NCBI RefSeq assembly: GCF_000189555.1
Contig: NC_017276.1
DNA length: 64,000 nt
Source: Saccharolobus islandicus REY15A
GTDB taxonomy: Archaea; Thermoproteota; Thermoprotei_A; Sulfolobales; Sulfolobaceae
Reading direction: 5' to 3' (one strand)
A program made the position numbers and the translations under genes. Under the pieces are notes generated by a model. That model saw nothing but the letters and a program-made list of their open reading frames with translations, had not been told where the DNA came from and did not search any database. This document shows, in pieces, positions 1-9,637 of this stretch; position 1 is the stretch's first letter, and each line of letters starts with the position of its first letter.

Positions 1-1
1 T

Positions 2-127
2 AGAGTTATGGCAAATATTCTAAAGAATTACAAAGCTAAGAGTTTAAGAAAAGTTATAGTCTGCCTTTACTCTCAAGATGCATATGACATTTTTAAGAAA
101 GTTTTTGATTCAATTTTGAAAAGCTGA
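2..127 (+). CDS. C-terminus of a macrodomain (ADP-ribose-binding) protein, cut by the window edge
   Basis: Manual translation RVMANILKNYKAKSLRKVIVCLYSQDAYDIFKKVFDSILKS* resembles the C-terminal helix-strand-helix of Sulfolobales macrodomain proteins. Confidence 0.6.
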   Translation, partial: RVMANILKNYKAKSLRKVIVCLYSQDAYDIFKKVFDSILKS

Positions 128-265
128 CTCTTAATTTCCTAAATACTAATTCCATTTCCAGTTTCATATCGCTTCTTGGGCCAAGCTATAGATGCTATTA
201 AGCCGTTGTCAACGGTTTCCAATAGAGCGTAAAGTTTATATTATTTCATCATAAACTTTTATACA

Positions 266-442
266 ATGTTAAGACCTAAGGAAGTATGCCAACGCTTAGG
301 AATATCCTATGCAACACTTAGAGAATATGTTAAGAAGGGTTACATCAAACCAGTAGTACTAGAGACTGGAAAGTGGAGGTTCAGAGAAGAGGATGTAGAA
401 AAGTTAATGGGAATAGTAAGTATGAAGCCCAAACCCCGTTAA
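266..442 (+). pseudogene. tnpA: IS607-family TnpA remnant (MerR-like HTH only; serine recombinase domain missing)
   Basis: MLRPKEVCQRLGISYATLREYVKKGYIKPVVLETGKWRFREEDVEKLMGIV then unrelated codons and TAA; the YARVSS catalytic motif is absent. Confidence 0.8.
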
Positions 443-454
443 TATAGAGAATGT

Positions 455-640
455 AGAAAAAATAGACAAACCTAGTGAACAACCCCGCCCTTACGGACGT
501 GGCATCTCCACCTCACGATGGAGATTTCCTGCTTCTTCCAGGAAACCTACTATACACACCCTCAGAGAAGGGTATGTATAGCAGAGGTCCCCTGTCCACA
601 GGCTCTAAGGGCTGTCCCGACCCCGCATGAAGAATATTTA
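455..640 (-). ncRNA. Predicted TnpB omega-RNA (tnpB 3' end plus right end; guide from flank TAGGTTTGTCTATTTT...)
   Basis: Inferred from known IS200/IS605 omega-RNA architecture; boundaries approximate. Confidence 0.55.
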
Positions 641-1718
641 GAGAAGCATTATAGTCACGATCTACAGCCCAACCACACTTGGGACATACAAACACACGGT
701 CAGCCAAAGCCAAGTCCTTCTTAACGTACCCACATTTAGCACATGTCTTAGAAGTATTCCTCGGATCTACTTTCACTACCCTCCTACCAGCTCTTTCAGC
801 CTTGTAGGAGAGATAGCTCACAAACTTAGAAAAGTTGGAGTGAAGGATATGCTTTCTCAAAACTTTACTTTCACCATCCTCGACCATCTCCTTGACATCA
901 AGATCTTCCACATAGATCTCATCATACTCTTCTACTAACCACGAAGTTACTTTATGAATATAATCACTCATCAAGTTCTTCACATGCTCGTGAAGCTTAG
1001 CTAGTTTTTTCCTAACCTTCTCGTAGTTTCTAGATCCCTTCTTCTTTCTAGATAATGATTTTTGTAAGATCTTTATCCTCCTCTCGACCTTATCAAAAAC
1101 CTTGGGGTTCTCTATTACTACACCATCAGAGGTGGTTACGAGTTTCTCCACTCCTAAGTCTATCCCAACTACTTTCCCAGTTTTCTCAAGAGGCTTCTTT
1201 TCCACCTCAACTTGAAAGATAGCATACCAACCAGTTGAACTCTTCTTTATTATTACCCCTTTTACCTCGCCTTCTAACGGTCTGTGAAAAAGCACTTTAA
1301 TCTCCCCTATCTTTGAGAGGGTCAGCTTGTCTCCCTCAACCTTGAAACCAGATTGATTATAATTGATGATCTTCAAGATCTTCTTGTACCTCAGTTTCCC
1401 AACTTTCTTCCCTTTCTTCTTCTGTTCGTGAAGAGCATTGATGTTGTACCATAATTGGTTGTTAACCATTTGAAGGGCTTTAGAGTAAACTAGTTCCTTC
1501 CCTTCTATTTTCAGATCTTTCAACATGTTTTGAGTGTCTTTAGGTGTTATCTTTTTCCCTTCTTTCCTCGCGTTATTCACCACGTCTAGCAAGGCATTGT
1601 ATACTTTAGCCTCAATTTGCATCACTTTGATGAGTTTCTCCTCTACTTCTCTCGTTGGGTAAATCTTGTACTTGAATGAGAGTTGAATCTTATCACTCTT
1701 CTCCTTGGCTCTCCACAT
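513..1718 (-). CDS. tnpB: RNA-guided endonuclease TnpB
   Basis: RuvC motifs VGIDLG, VEDL and DRDYNASLN; zinc finger CAKC...CPKC; all intact. Confidence 0.95.
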   Translation of the reverse strand: MWRAKEKSDKIQLSFKYKIYPTREVEEKLIKVMQIEAKVYNALLDVVNNARKEGKKITPKDTQNMLKDLKIEGKELVYSKALQMVNNQLWYNINALHEQKKKGKKVGKLRYKKILKIINYNQSGFKVEGDKLTLSKIGEIKVLFHRPLEGEVKGVIIKKSSTGWYAIFQVEVEKKPLEKTGKVVGIDLGVEKLVTTSDGVVIENPKVFDKVERRIKILQKSLSRKKKGSRNYEKVRKKLAKLHEHVKNLMSDYIHKVTSWLVEEYDEIYVEDLDVKEMVEDGESKVLRKHILHSNFSKFVSYLSYKAERAGRRVVKVDPRNTSKTCAKCGYVKKDLALADRVFVCPKCGWAVDRDYNASLNILHAGSGQPLEPVDRGPLLYIPFSEGVYSRFPGRSRKSPS

Positions 1719-2100
1719 ATTTTTTCAGTACCTCCAGTGTTACTTGTCCGCTCGTTGCTAGGAAATAAGATGGTGACCAGAAGTGTCCTTTCCACAATTT
1801 TTCCTTTACTTGTGGAAATTTTCTCTGTATTTCTCTAGACGTGATTGTCTTGATTGCGTTCACGTACCTGGGTATATTCAGGGTTGGTTTTGCTTTGAAT
1901 AACATGTGGAAGTGGTCTTTGTCTACTCCTATGTCTATGACTTCAACTTCGAATGTTTTGCTTATTTCCTGAATTTGTTCCTTTAGGAAGTTGATTATTT
2001 CTTCATTATCGAACACCTTTCTGCGGTACTTCACCACTTGGACATAGTGGTAATAAAGAGCGTAAACTGAATGGGATCCTCTGTCCAATCTGTACCGCAT
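1693..2100 (-). CDS. tnpA: IS200/IS605 Y1 HUH transposase TnpA
   Basis: HUH motif DHFHML; FWSPSYF catalytic Tyr region. Confidence 0.95.
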   Translation of the reverse strand: MRYRLDRGSHSVYALYYHYVQVVKYRRKVFDNEEIINFLKEQIQEISKTFEVEVIDIGVDKDHFHMLFKAKPTLNIPRYVNAIKTITSREIQRKFPQVKEKLWKGHFWSPSYFLATSGQVTLEVLKKYVESQGEE

Positions 2101-2197
2101 AGTTATATCTATTTTTTAATAACTATAAAAATATTTCTATAAGGGGGCTATCCATCCCTCACGGAAGGGGACTTTCGCCCCCTTAACCCCCGTAAAG

Positions 2198-2380
2198 TTA
2201 AATCTAGTGGCAAGAAGCCATGTGAGGGCTGGAATAAAACCAGAACAATATCCCTTAGTAGGGGAATTATCACTAGATGCTATTAAAGAAATTCTAAATC
2301 CACCAGAAGAAGTACTAAAAGCTTGGGAAAAAGCATACAATTATTTGACTAAAATTCTAAGAGAAAAGGAACAGAAATAA
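2198..2380 (+). pseudogene. C-terminal half of a single-domain globin, interrupted by the IS (upstream piece at 438-474)
   Basis: LNLVARSHVRAGIKPEQYPLVGELSLDAIKEILNPPEEVLKAWEKAYNYLTKIL matches flavohemoglobin-type F/G/H helices with the proximal His; VNIENVEKIDK lies on the other side of the IS. Confidence 0.75.
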
Positions 2381-2406
2381 TATAATAAAATCGAAATATA
2401 ATACTT

Positions 2407-3462
2407 TTAAGCTAATGCATTTTTTAACACGGGATCTGCTAAATCATATTCCCTACTTTCCTTCTTTACAACATAACCCATCTTCTCAAGCTTATCCAAA
2501 TACCTCTTCAACTCAGCGTCGTAAACTACCCTTTTCTTCTTATCCTCTAAATACCTCTTTAGCTCACTCCACCTACTATGACCCTTAGCAATTGCTTCTA
2601 TAACAATAACGTAATCCTTCGAGAAGTGACTCAATTCCTCCATTGCAAGTTTACTCGCTATTTCCAATATCTCATCAACTATCTCCCTCTTTACTTCTCC
2701 AATCTTTACACACCTATAACCAAATTCCGTTAACCAACCAACAATACCGTCAAGTTTACTTACAGCATATTCCAAAACGCTTTCATTAGGTGAAATGTTA
2801 GCTTGTCTAAATCCCTCCCTCAAGAACTCCAACGATTTCTCGTTACTAAACCTCTTTAACCTAATCTCCTCAACATGCCTACCGTAAAGTGGCGATGAGG
2901 GGTCATCTATTTTCAAGAAGTCATATAATAATCCAATCTCACTTCCCGTGAGAATAAACGTAACGTTTTTACAGTAGTCATAACAATGGGCTAAAATTGA
3001 GAGGAATACGTTAGCTAACTTTCCCCTTAAATTCTGAGCCTCATCAAAGGCTATAATTACTTTTACGCTTTCGTCAACTTTATCCATTATTTCTAAAAGG
3101 GATGGTCTATTCTTAGGATCCCATGACAACGATATATTTATACCAAAGAGGGAAATTCCCTTTACGTATTTTAAGACCTCAGCTACCCTTCTCTCCTTAT
3201 TTAGCTGAGATAGTACATTTGAAAATATTGTGTAAAGTGATCTATAGGACGTTAAAGGATATCTAACATCGACTAATGCATAAGGTAACTTGCTCTCATT
3301 TAGAAACACTTTGAGAAGTGACGTTTTTCCAATTCTTCTTATTCCAGTGAGTAGGATTATTGAGTCATCTTTGGACGATAATAGCTTTTTGAGTTCTTCT
3401 TCCCTATCGAATAAGTCCTCCTTAGTTTCTTTAGGTTTAAAGTCGAAGTAGATTACTAACAC
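2407..3462 (-). CDS. Archaeal ATPase (P-loop plus C-terminal winged helix)
   Basis: Walker A GIRRIGKTS; Walker B IAFDEAQ; TGSE motif. Confidence 0.9.
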   Translation of the reverse strand: MLVIYFDFKPKETKEDLFDREEELKKLLSSKDDSIILLTGIRRIGKTSLLKVFLNESKLPYALVDVRYPLTSYRSLYTIFSNVLSQLNKERRVAEVLKYVKGISLFGINISLSWDPKNRPSLLEIMDKVDESVKVIIAFDEAQNLRGKLANVFLSILAHCYDYCKNVTFILTGSEIGLLYDFLKIDDPSSPLYGRHVEEIRLKRFSNEKSLEFLREGFRQANISPNESVLEYAVSKLDGIVGWLTEFGYRCVKIGEVKREIVDEILEIASKLAMEELSHFSKDYVIVIEAIAKGHSRWSELKRYLEDKKKRVVYDAELKRYLDKLEKMGYVVKKESREYDLADPVLKNALA

Positions 3463-3847
3463 CCTATTAGTATACTAGCAGGATGTTATTAAAATGTTTT
3501 CTAAATCTAGTAATGTTGAAACCTTTATCTCTCTATCTTAGATCAAGAAAATAAACGCTCCCTAGATAGAACTCTACTATGTTACTTCTATTATTTATTA
3601 AATTTATTTTGAAAATAGTTCTCTAAGACTCTTAATGAGATTATCAGCGGTAAGTTTAGGTATTAGAGTGTACTATGAGAATCATTTTAAAATGTGTAAT
3701 ATAAGTCTTTAAAATAAAATAATGTCTTATAAAATTAAGAAAATTCATTTTATATAATTATTTTTCACTATGATATATAGGTATTTGAAACATTTGAGCT
3801 AAATATATATATAGTAACTAGAGTGTTAAGTATCATAATCTTATTTA

Positions 3848-4902
3848 TACTTCGTCAGACTTTAAAGGGCAAGGGAACTTCATTTAGTATTGACGTCCAA
3901 GGTTCACCACACCTCTTCACACTGTACGTGAGGTAATTTGCTCCCCTGGATATGGAGCGTAGGAACCTCTTTGCGTCCCATGTTAAGGTCTCGAAGTCCG
4001 TGTAGATATTCGAGTAGAGCCTTTTCTTGAGGACTGCCCAAGGTCCCTCAGCTGGGCTCTTATCCGGGGAGTAAGACGGCAGGTAAGCACACTCCACGCC
4101 ATTTTCCTCAAGGAATTCCCTCACTTCATTACCGTGCATTCTAGCGTTGTCCATTACTATCACGGTCTTCTCGTCCTTTATTACCTTCCTCAATATGATA
4201 TCTTTTGAGTTCAGCGATGGTTTCTTGTAGGTCGAATAGGAGAAAGATATTCCCTCTTTGCTAATCGTTATTCCGCCTACTACTGCAAACCTCTTCCTCT
4301 TAGGATTAACCCTTATTCCTCCTCCAACCTTTACCCTTGTTTATGTAGGACACGTAAGACTCGTCGAAGATGTGTACCTTGTACCCTTCGCTTATTTTTT
4401 TAAAAGCTTCTCTCCTTGTTCCTTCACCCATCCTTCTACGGTCTTCTCGTCTCTCTCGTAAGTCCTCTTTCCTTTCTTATACTTGAAGCCCAACTTCTTG
4501 AGGACTGGGCTTAAACTCCTCGGGTTGTATTTTATTCCAAATTCCTTCTCAAGTATATAGGCTATGAGCTTCAAGGTTCAGAAGTCGTAGTCCAAGCCGA
4601 AATCTCTTGGACTCTTTTCTAAGATTTGGACGAGCTTTTTCTCCTCCTTCAGTTTTGTGGATCCCTTCCTCGGCTTAGCGCTCAAGTCGTCTTTTCTCAA
4701 CCACTTGCACACGGTAAAGACGGAGATGTCATACTTCTTGGCCACGTCCTTTATTCTCATACCTTTCTCCACGTCTTTTACAGCGCTAATTCTCCTCTCT
4801 TCCTCTTGTTTCTTGTTGAGACTTATACCGTGCATTCTAGATTTTGGCATACAATTTAGTATTACTCATGAAATATAAATCTTGTCCTTTAATCTGAATG
4901 TA
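3848..4902 (-). mobile_element. Degenerate IS630-family element, about 1.05 kb
   Basis: Transposase fragments 4578-4850, 4392-4574 and 3855-4193 (HIFDES, VMDNARMH, LPSYSPDKSPAE); nonsense codon and frameshift; imperfect TIRs with terminal TA. Confidence 0.85.
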
Positions 4903-5137
4903 GTGGCTGTATTTCTAATGCTGAGCCTTCCTTCGATTAGGGCCGTGAGTGGTAAACCTAGTGATACTTTTCTGCTCAATCCCTTCATCTTCAGTGTTTC
5001 GACTAAGGCTTAGATATTAAGCTCATTAAGTTTTCTTAAATTCAAAATCAAGCGTTGATTTAAAAGTAGGTTCCACGTTAACTCAGATAAAAATTGAAGC
5101 AATCCACACAGGAAAAAGATAGAGAATTTGTAACTTC

Positions 5138-5317
5138 TTAAAATCTCTCTCCTAAAAACTCCATTAAACCCCTTATGCCTACCATTGCACCGGCTATAGC
5201 AAGTATCATGGATACTACCAAAACAGATAGGCTTTGAAATGAAGCTCCAATATAATCCAATCCGATTGCTCCGCTTAACATCGTAACGCCAACTATTATC
5301 TTTAGTATTGACCTCAT
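5138..5317 (-). CDS. Small two-helix membrane protein, 59 aa, not in the ORF track
   Basis: MRSILKIIVGVTMLSGAIGLDYIGASFQSLSVLVVSMILAIAGAMVGIRGLMEFLGERF*; GGAGGT RBS upstream; directly follows dppF. Confidence 0.7.
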   Translation of the reverse strand: MRSILKIIVGVTMLSGAIGLDYIGASFQSLSVLVVSMILAIAGAMVGIRGLMEFLGERF

Positions 5318-5332
5318 TCCATTTAACCTCCA

Positions 5333-6310
5333 TCAATAAAGCCAACATGCCACGTAATGACCTGGAGAAATTTCCTTTAGCGCCGGTTCTTGTTCCTTGC
5401 ACTTAGGCATTGCAAACGGACATCTTGGGTAGAATACGCATCCCTTATCCGGCCTAACTATGTCAACCTTAATTTTTATTTCCTTCATTTTGTCTCTTAG
5501 TGAAGGATCTATTCTAGGATATACCTCAATTAGCCCTTGTGTATACGGATGTAATGGGTTTTTAATAATTTCATTTGAATTTCCTAACTCTACTACCTTT
5601 CCTAAATATAACACTGCAATCCTATCAGATATTATTTTAGCTATTGGTAACTCGTGTGTTATAAGCATAAATGAAAAACCTTTACTTTCTCTAGCATCTT
5701 TTATTATCTTCAAGATCTCTCCTTTTAATGAAGCATCTAACATTGTAGTAGGTTCGTCTGCAACAATGTATTTAGGGTTGACAACTATAGCTCTAGCTAT
5801 ACTTAGTCTCTGTCTTTGTCCACCAGATAACTGATATACCCTATTTTCCAATAGTTCTAGTGGAAGATCGACTAACCTCATTGCTTCCTCTATTTTTCCA
5901 TCTATATCAATCTCTTTTTTGTACTTTAATGGCATCGCTAAAACATCATAAACTCTCATTATAGGATCTATAGATGAATAAGGATCTTGATATATCATTT
6001 GAACGTATTTGCTAATATCTTTCAACTTTGCCTTATTTACGTTAATTTCCCTTTTATCAACTCTAATATAAATATCACCAGCCGTAGGTTTTTGGAGACC
6101 TATTGTCACTCTACCTAACGTAGTTTTACCAGAACCGCTTTCACCTACGACCCCCATAACTTCCTTTTCTTTTATACTTAACGTTACATTATCCAGTGCT
6201 TTAACTATATACTTCTTACTAAATATTCCACCCTTAGTGAAATACACTTTTAGGTTTTCTACTTTAACTATATAATTACTAATAGAGCCAACATGCAACC
6301 TCATCACCAT
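5333..6310 (-). CDS. Oligopeptide/dipeptide ABC transporter ATP-binding subunit (DppF/OppF-like)
   Basis: GESGSGKTT, LSGGQRQR, ADEP; C-terminal GCVFYPRC motif. Confidence 0.95.
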   Translation of the reverse strand: MVMRLHVGSISNYIVKVENLKVYFTKGGIFSKKYIVKALDNVTLSIKEKEVMGVVGESGSGKTTLGRVTIGLQKPTAGDIYIRVDKREINVNKAKLKDISKYVQMIYQDPYSSIDPIMRVYDVLAMPLKYKKEIDIDGKIEEAMRLVDLPLELLENRVYQLSGGQRQRLSIARAIVVNPKYIVADEPTTMLDASLKGEILKIIKDARESKGFSFMLITHELPIAKIISDRIAVLYLGKVVELGNSNEIIKNPLHPYTQGLIEVYPRIDPSLRDKMKEIKIKVDIVRPDKGCVFYPRCPFAMPKCKEQEPALKEISPGHYVACWLY

Positions 6311-7229
6311 CTGAGAATGCTTTCATTTTAGGTTCTTCCTTAAAGCAAATATCCCTAGCAAACGGACATCGAGTATTGAATCTACAACCTACTGGTGGAT
6401 TTGAGAGGTCTGGCATGGATCCTGGAATCCCCTTTATTATATCTTTATCTAATGTGGCAATTGATTCAACAAGTAGTGAAGTATAAGGATGTCTAGGTTT
6501 TTTGAAGATAACTTCTGATGGTCCACTTTCCATAACTTTACCTGCGTATAGCATATAATCCCTATCCGAAATCTCTGAAAGTAAGGCCAGATCATGAGTT
6601 ATGAAAATTATGGACAAGTTTAACTCTTTCCTTAATTTTTTCAATAGGTTAAGAATATGTTCTTGAACCATCACATCTAAAGCCGTTGTGGGTTCGTCCG
6701 CTATTAGAATCTCTGGATTTAAGGCTAGGGCCATTGCAATGAAAGCCCTTTGTTTTTGACCTCCAGAAAGTTCATGGGGGTACTTTTCGGCCAATTGTGG
6801 ATCCATGTTAACCATTTTGAATAACTCCTCAACTCTCTTATCATAATCTCCAGTCCAACCATGAATACGTAAAACCTCAATTATTTGATCCCTTATCTTA
6901 AAAACAGGGGTAAACCCTGACATAGAGCCTTGGAATATCATTGCTATTTTCTTCCATCTATAATTTTTTCTAAATGTCTCTTCGTCCAGTTTTAGTATAT
7001 TTTCACCTTTAAATAGTATCTCTCCACCCTCAATTTTTCCCGGAAAAGGAACAAGTCTCATTATGGTATAGCCTATCGTACTCTTTCCAGATCCGCTTTC
7101 TCCAGCGAGTCCAATAATTTCTCCCTTATCCAAATATAAGTTAACATCGTCAACAGCCTTTACAATACCTCTCTTCGTGTAAAAGTAAACCTTTAAATTT
7201 CTTACTTCTAATAACATCTTACCTCTCAC
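6279..7229 (-). CDS. Oligopeptide/dipeptide ABC transporter ATP-binding subunit (DppD/OppD-like)
   Basis: GESGSGKST, LSGGQKQR, ADEPTTALD, GCRFNTRC. Confidence 0.95.
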   Translation of the reverse strand: MRGKMLLEVRNLKVYFYTKRGIVKAVDDVNLYLDKGEIIGLAGESGSGKSTIGYTIMRLVPFPGKIEGGEILFKGENILKLDEETFRKNYRWKKIAMIFQGSMSGFTPVFKIRDQIIEVLRIHGWTGDYDKRVEELFKMVNMDPQLAEKYPHELSGGQKQRAFIAMALALNPEILIADEPTTALDVMVQEHILNLLKKLRKELNLSIIFITHDLALLSEISDRDYMLYAGKVMESGPSEVIFKKPRHPYTSLLVESIATLDKDIIKGIPGSMPDLSNPPVGCRFNTRCPFARDICFKEEPKMKAFSDGDEVACWLY

Positions 7230-8571
7230 CTAATGTGACTCTCTCTATTGCGAAACCTATTAGCACGAAAGGTATTGCTACGATAACAATCATCGCTCCA
7301 GGAAACACAACCCACCACCACCATCCGTTAACTTGTGCCTGATAAGTTTCGGCAGCATCTAAAATTCCTCCCCAAGTTACTATATTAGCTGGAGCTATTC
7401 CTAAAAAGGCTAACGTTTGGGCTAAAAGGATTCCTGCGGGGACACCTAAAGCCATATAAGCTACTGTTATTGGTATTAACCTAGGCATAAAGTGTGTAAA
7501 GAATACTCTATATGATGGTATTCCAAGTAATTTATCAGCCTCAACAAAACTATTTGACTTTATTGATAAAGCCATTGACCTAGCTATTATAGCGTAAAAT
7601 GGCCAAGACAAGAATGCTATTAGGAGGGCTTCAATTTCCAGATTAGGTTCCGTTACAAATGAGACTGCAACTAAAAAGGGAAGAGCTGGCAATGCTAAGA
7701 ATACTAAGGTAAGCCACTGTATTGCAGAATCCTTGTTTCCACCCAGATAACCAGAAATTCCTCCGACAAAAATTCCCACGAGTACAGCAACTAGTGAAGT
7801 TAATGCACCTATTTCTAACGCATTCGGCAATCCTAAAAGAACTCCTAAATCTAATGGTCTTCCGAAATAATCAGTTCCCATCAAACCATAGGAATTACCC
7901 AATAAGAGCAACCTTGACTTTGTAATGTTCATAGGAGAAGATGACACTATTTCTATCTTAACTACATACCTCCCTTGTTCAGTTGTTGTAAAATTGGATT
8001 TTGGAGAGTTAAATAGTGCTGACGATAATACAGTGCTATTAACTATATTTGGTGTCTTTCCGGTAATCGAAGATATATAATTCAAAATGTCACCTCTAAT
8101 ACTTGTAAGGTCAAATGGCACATTAAATACTCCATTTGGAACGTTTATCTGTAAGGTATAACCGTCTGGTTTACTCCAATATATTACTTCCTCAATAGGG
8201 GTAATATTGGTTGAGACTATGAAATATACGTTATAGGCCGGTAAGACTTTGGACCAATTGAATTGATATGTTATTATTGCTACAAATATATTTTTTGCAG
8301 GTGAATATAGGGATATATTTATTGGTGATAACTCCTCCGTTGTGAAATACTTGTTTGGGTAAAAGATAGATAACCAAGCTGGAGGTACATGTTCCGGATA
8401 CTGATTCCAGGAGGCTGGATTATTCCAAGATGCGTAAACTTTTGCAGGAATAGATATGGCTATTCCAGTAAATATAAGTAAAATAATTAAAATTATAAGA
8501 CCTACCAATCCGATTTTACTAGACAAAAAATCTCTAAGATAAGAGGAAAAACCTATATGTCTTTTACTCAA
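7219..8571 (-). CDS. Peptide ABC transporter permease (DppC-like)
   Basis: LMGTDYFGR and FVEADKLLG (EAA-like) motifs; multiple TM helices. Confidence 0.92.
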   Translation of the reverse strand: MSKRHIGFSSYLRDFLSSKIGLVGLIILIILLIFTGIAISIPAKVYASWNNPASWNQYPEHVPPAWLSIFYPNKYFTTEELSPINISLYSPAKNIFVAIITYQFNWSKVLPAYNVYFIVSTNITPIEEVIYWSKPDGYTLQINVPNGVFNVPFDLTSIRGDILNYISSITGKTPNIVNSTVLSSALFNSPKSNFTTTEQGRYVVKIEIVSSSPMNITKSRLLLLGNSYGLMGTDYFGRPLDLGVLLGLPNALEIGALTSLVAVLVGIFVGGISGYLGGNKDSAIQWLTLVFLALPALPFLVAVSFVTEPNLEIEALLIAFLSWPFYAIIARSMALSIKSNSFVEADKLLGIPSYRVFFTHFMPRLIPITVAYMALGVPAGILLAQTLAFLGIAPANIVTWGGILDAAETYQAQVNGWWWWVVFPGAMIVIVAIPFVLIGFAIERVTLGER

Positions 8572-8573
8572 TC

Positions 8574-9620
8574 TTATTCACCTACCTTTATTCTAGGATC
8601 CAATAATCCGTAAACTAATTCCCCTAAAAACAATCCAAGTAACAACACAATTGTCAAAACGTAGGTTATCCCTAATATCACTGGTAAATCATTTAAGGTT
8701 ATGGCAACATAAGTTAACAAACCCACCCCAGGCCATTCGAAAACAACCTCTGTGGTTAAACTACCTCCTAATGATCCAGCTAGTGCTAAAATAGCTTGTG
8801 TGGCAATTGATGGGGAGGCAGAGCGTAAGACATGTCTATACAATATTCTGGAATCTGGTAATCCTCTAGCCTTCGCTGTAATCACAAAATCTTCCTTCAT
8901 AATTGATGTAACTAAACTTCTAACAATATATGCGAATCCTCCGACGTTTACAATAAATATAGTAATCAATGGTAATGACATATGATATAAAACACTTATT
9001 CCATAATCAAATGGATTCTTTGGCGGTGGAACTGAGGTCATTCCTCCAGGTGGGAAAACTTTAACTGCATATGCTAAAGCAGCAATTAGGACAAAACCTA
9101 ACCACCAAGTGGGAATACTAGAGTGTATTACAGCTATTATTGCAATTACCTTCTCCCAGAATTTAGATTTTGCAGAGAGTAAGCCAATTATAGTCCCAGC
9201 TACTATGAATACTATAGTAGCAGTAGTAAATAAGAGAATAGTATTGGGCAAATAATAAGCTATAATTGAACTAACCTCTCTAGAACCAGAAGGAGCTTGT
9301 AAAAAGTAAGCTGTACCGAAATCGAAACGCATCAAATTATACATTTGGATAAAATATTTATCGATAATTGGTTGGTTAAGCCCGTAAGCCGCAATTAAAG
9401 ATTCCCTATACTTCTCTACTGCAATCTGAATTTGAGTAGAGTTTAGATTATGGGCATTTTTAAACAAAGTTTGAGAGAACTGTGCAACTTGAAAATTGAT
9501 ACTCTTAGCTATAACCTCCTGCAATATGGGAAAAGTAAAAATATAAAGAATGGTTAAAGTGGCTAGAAGAACTGAAAAATAAATAAGTACCTTTTTTATC
9601 ATATATGTGGTAAAACCCAT
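8574..9620 (-). CDS. Peptide ABC transporter permease (DppB-like)
   Basis: FDFG; FVITAKARGL (EAA); EVVFEWPGVG. Confidence 0.93.
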   Translation of the reverse strand: MGFTTYMIKKVLIYFSVLLATLTILYIFTFPILQEVIAKSINFQVAQFSQTLFKNAHNLNSTQIQIAVEKYRESLIAAYGLNQPIIDKYFIQMYNLMRFDFGTAYFLQAPSGSREVSSIIAYYLPNTILLFTTATIVFIVAGTIIGLLSAKSKFWEKVIAIIAVIHSSIPTWWLGFVLIAALAYAVKVFPPGGMTSVPPPKNPFDYGISVLYHMSLPLITIFIVNVGGFAYIVRSLVTSIMKEDFVITAKARGLPDSRILYRHVLRSASPSIATQAILALAGSLGGSLTTEVVFEWPGVGLLTYVAITLNDLPVILGITYVLTIVLLLGLFLGELVYGLLDPRIKVGE

Positions 9621-9637
9621 TATTACTCACTCTTTTA

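Larger units (their letters stand above)
475..2197 (-). mobile_element. Complete IS200/IS605-family element, about 1723 bp (ISC1733-like)
   Basis: tnpA plus tnpB; left-end hairpins at 2140-2197 preceded on the minus strand by TTTAA (2202-2198); right end CCACGTCCGTAAGGGCGGGGTTGTTCAC ending at 475; no TSD. Confidence 0.92.

Noticed and set aside
2137-2340. 67-aa minus-strand ORF across the IS left end
   Set aside because: Antisense to the globin remnant and spans the IS boundary.
3480-3840. CRISPR-repeat-like words (GAGATTATC, TCTACTAT, TTGAAAC) in AT-rich intergenic DNA
   Set aside because: Only about 15/24 identity to a recalled repeat and no periodicity; compatible with chance.
5010-5402. 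130-aa ORF from the track
   Set aside because: Overlaps dppF out of frame; the 59-aa ORF at 5138-5317 has an RBS and better protein-like composition.
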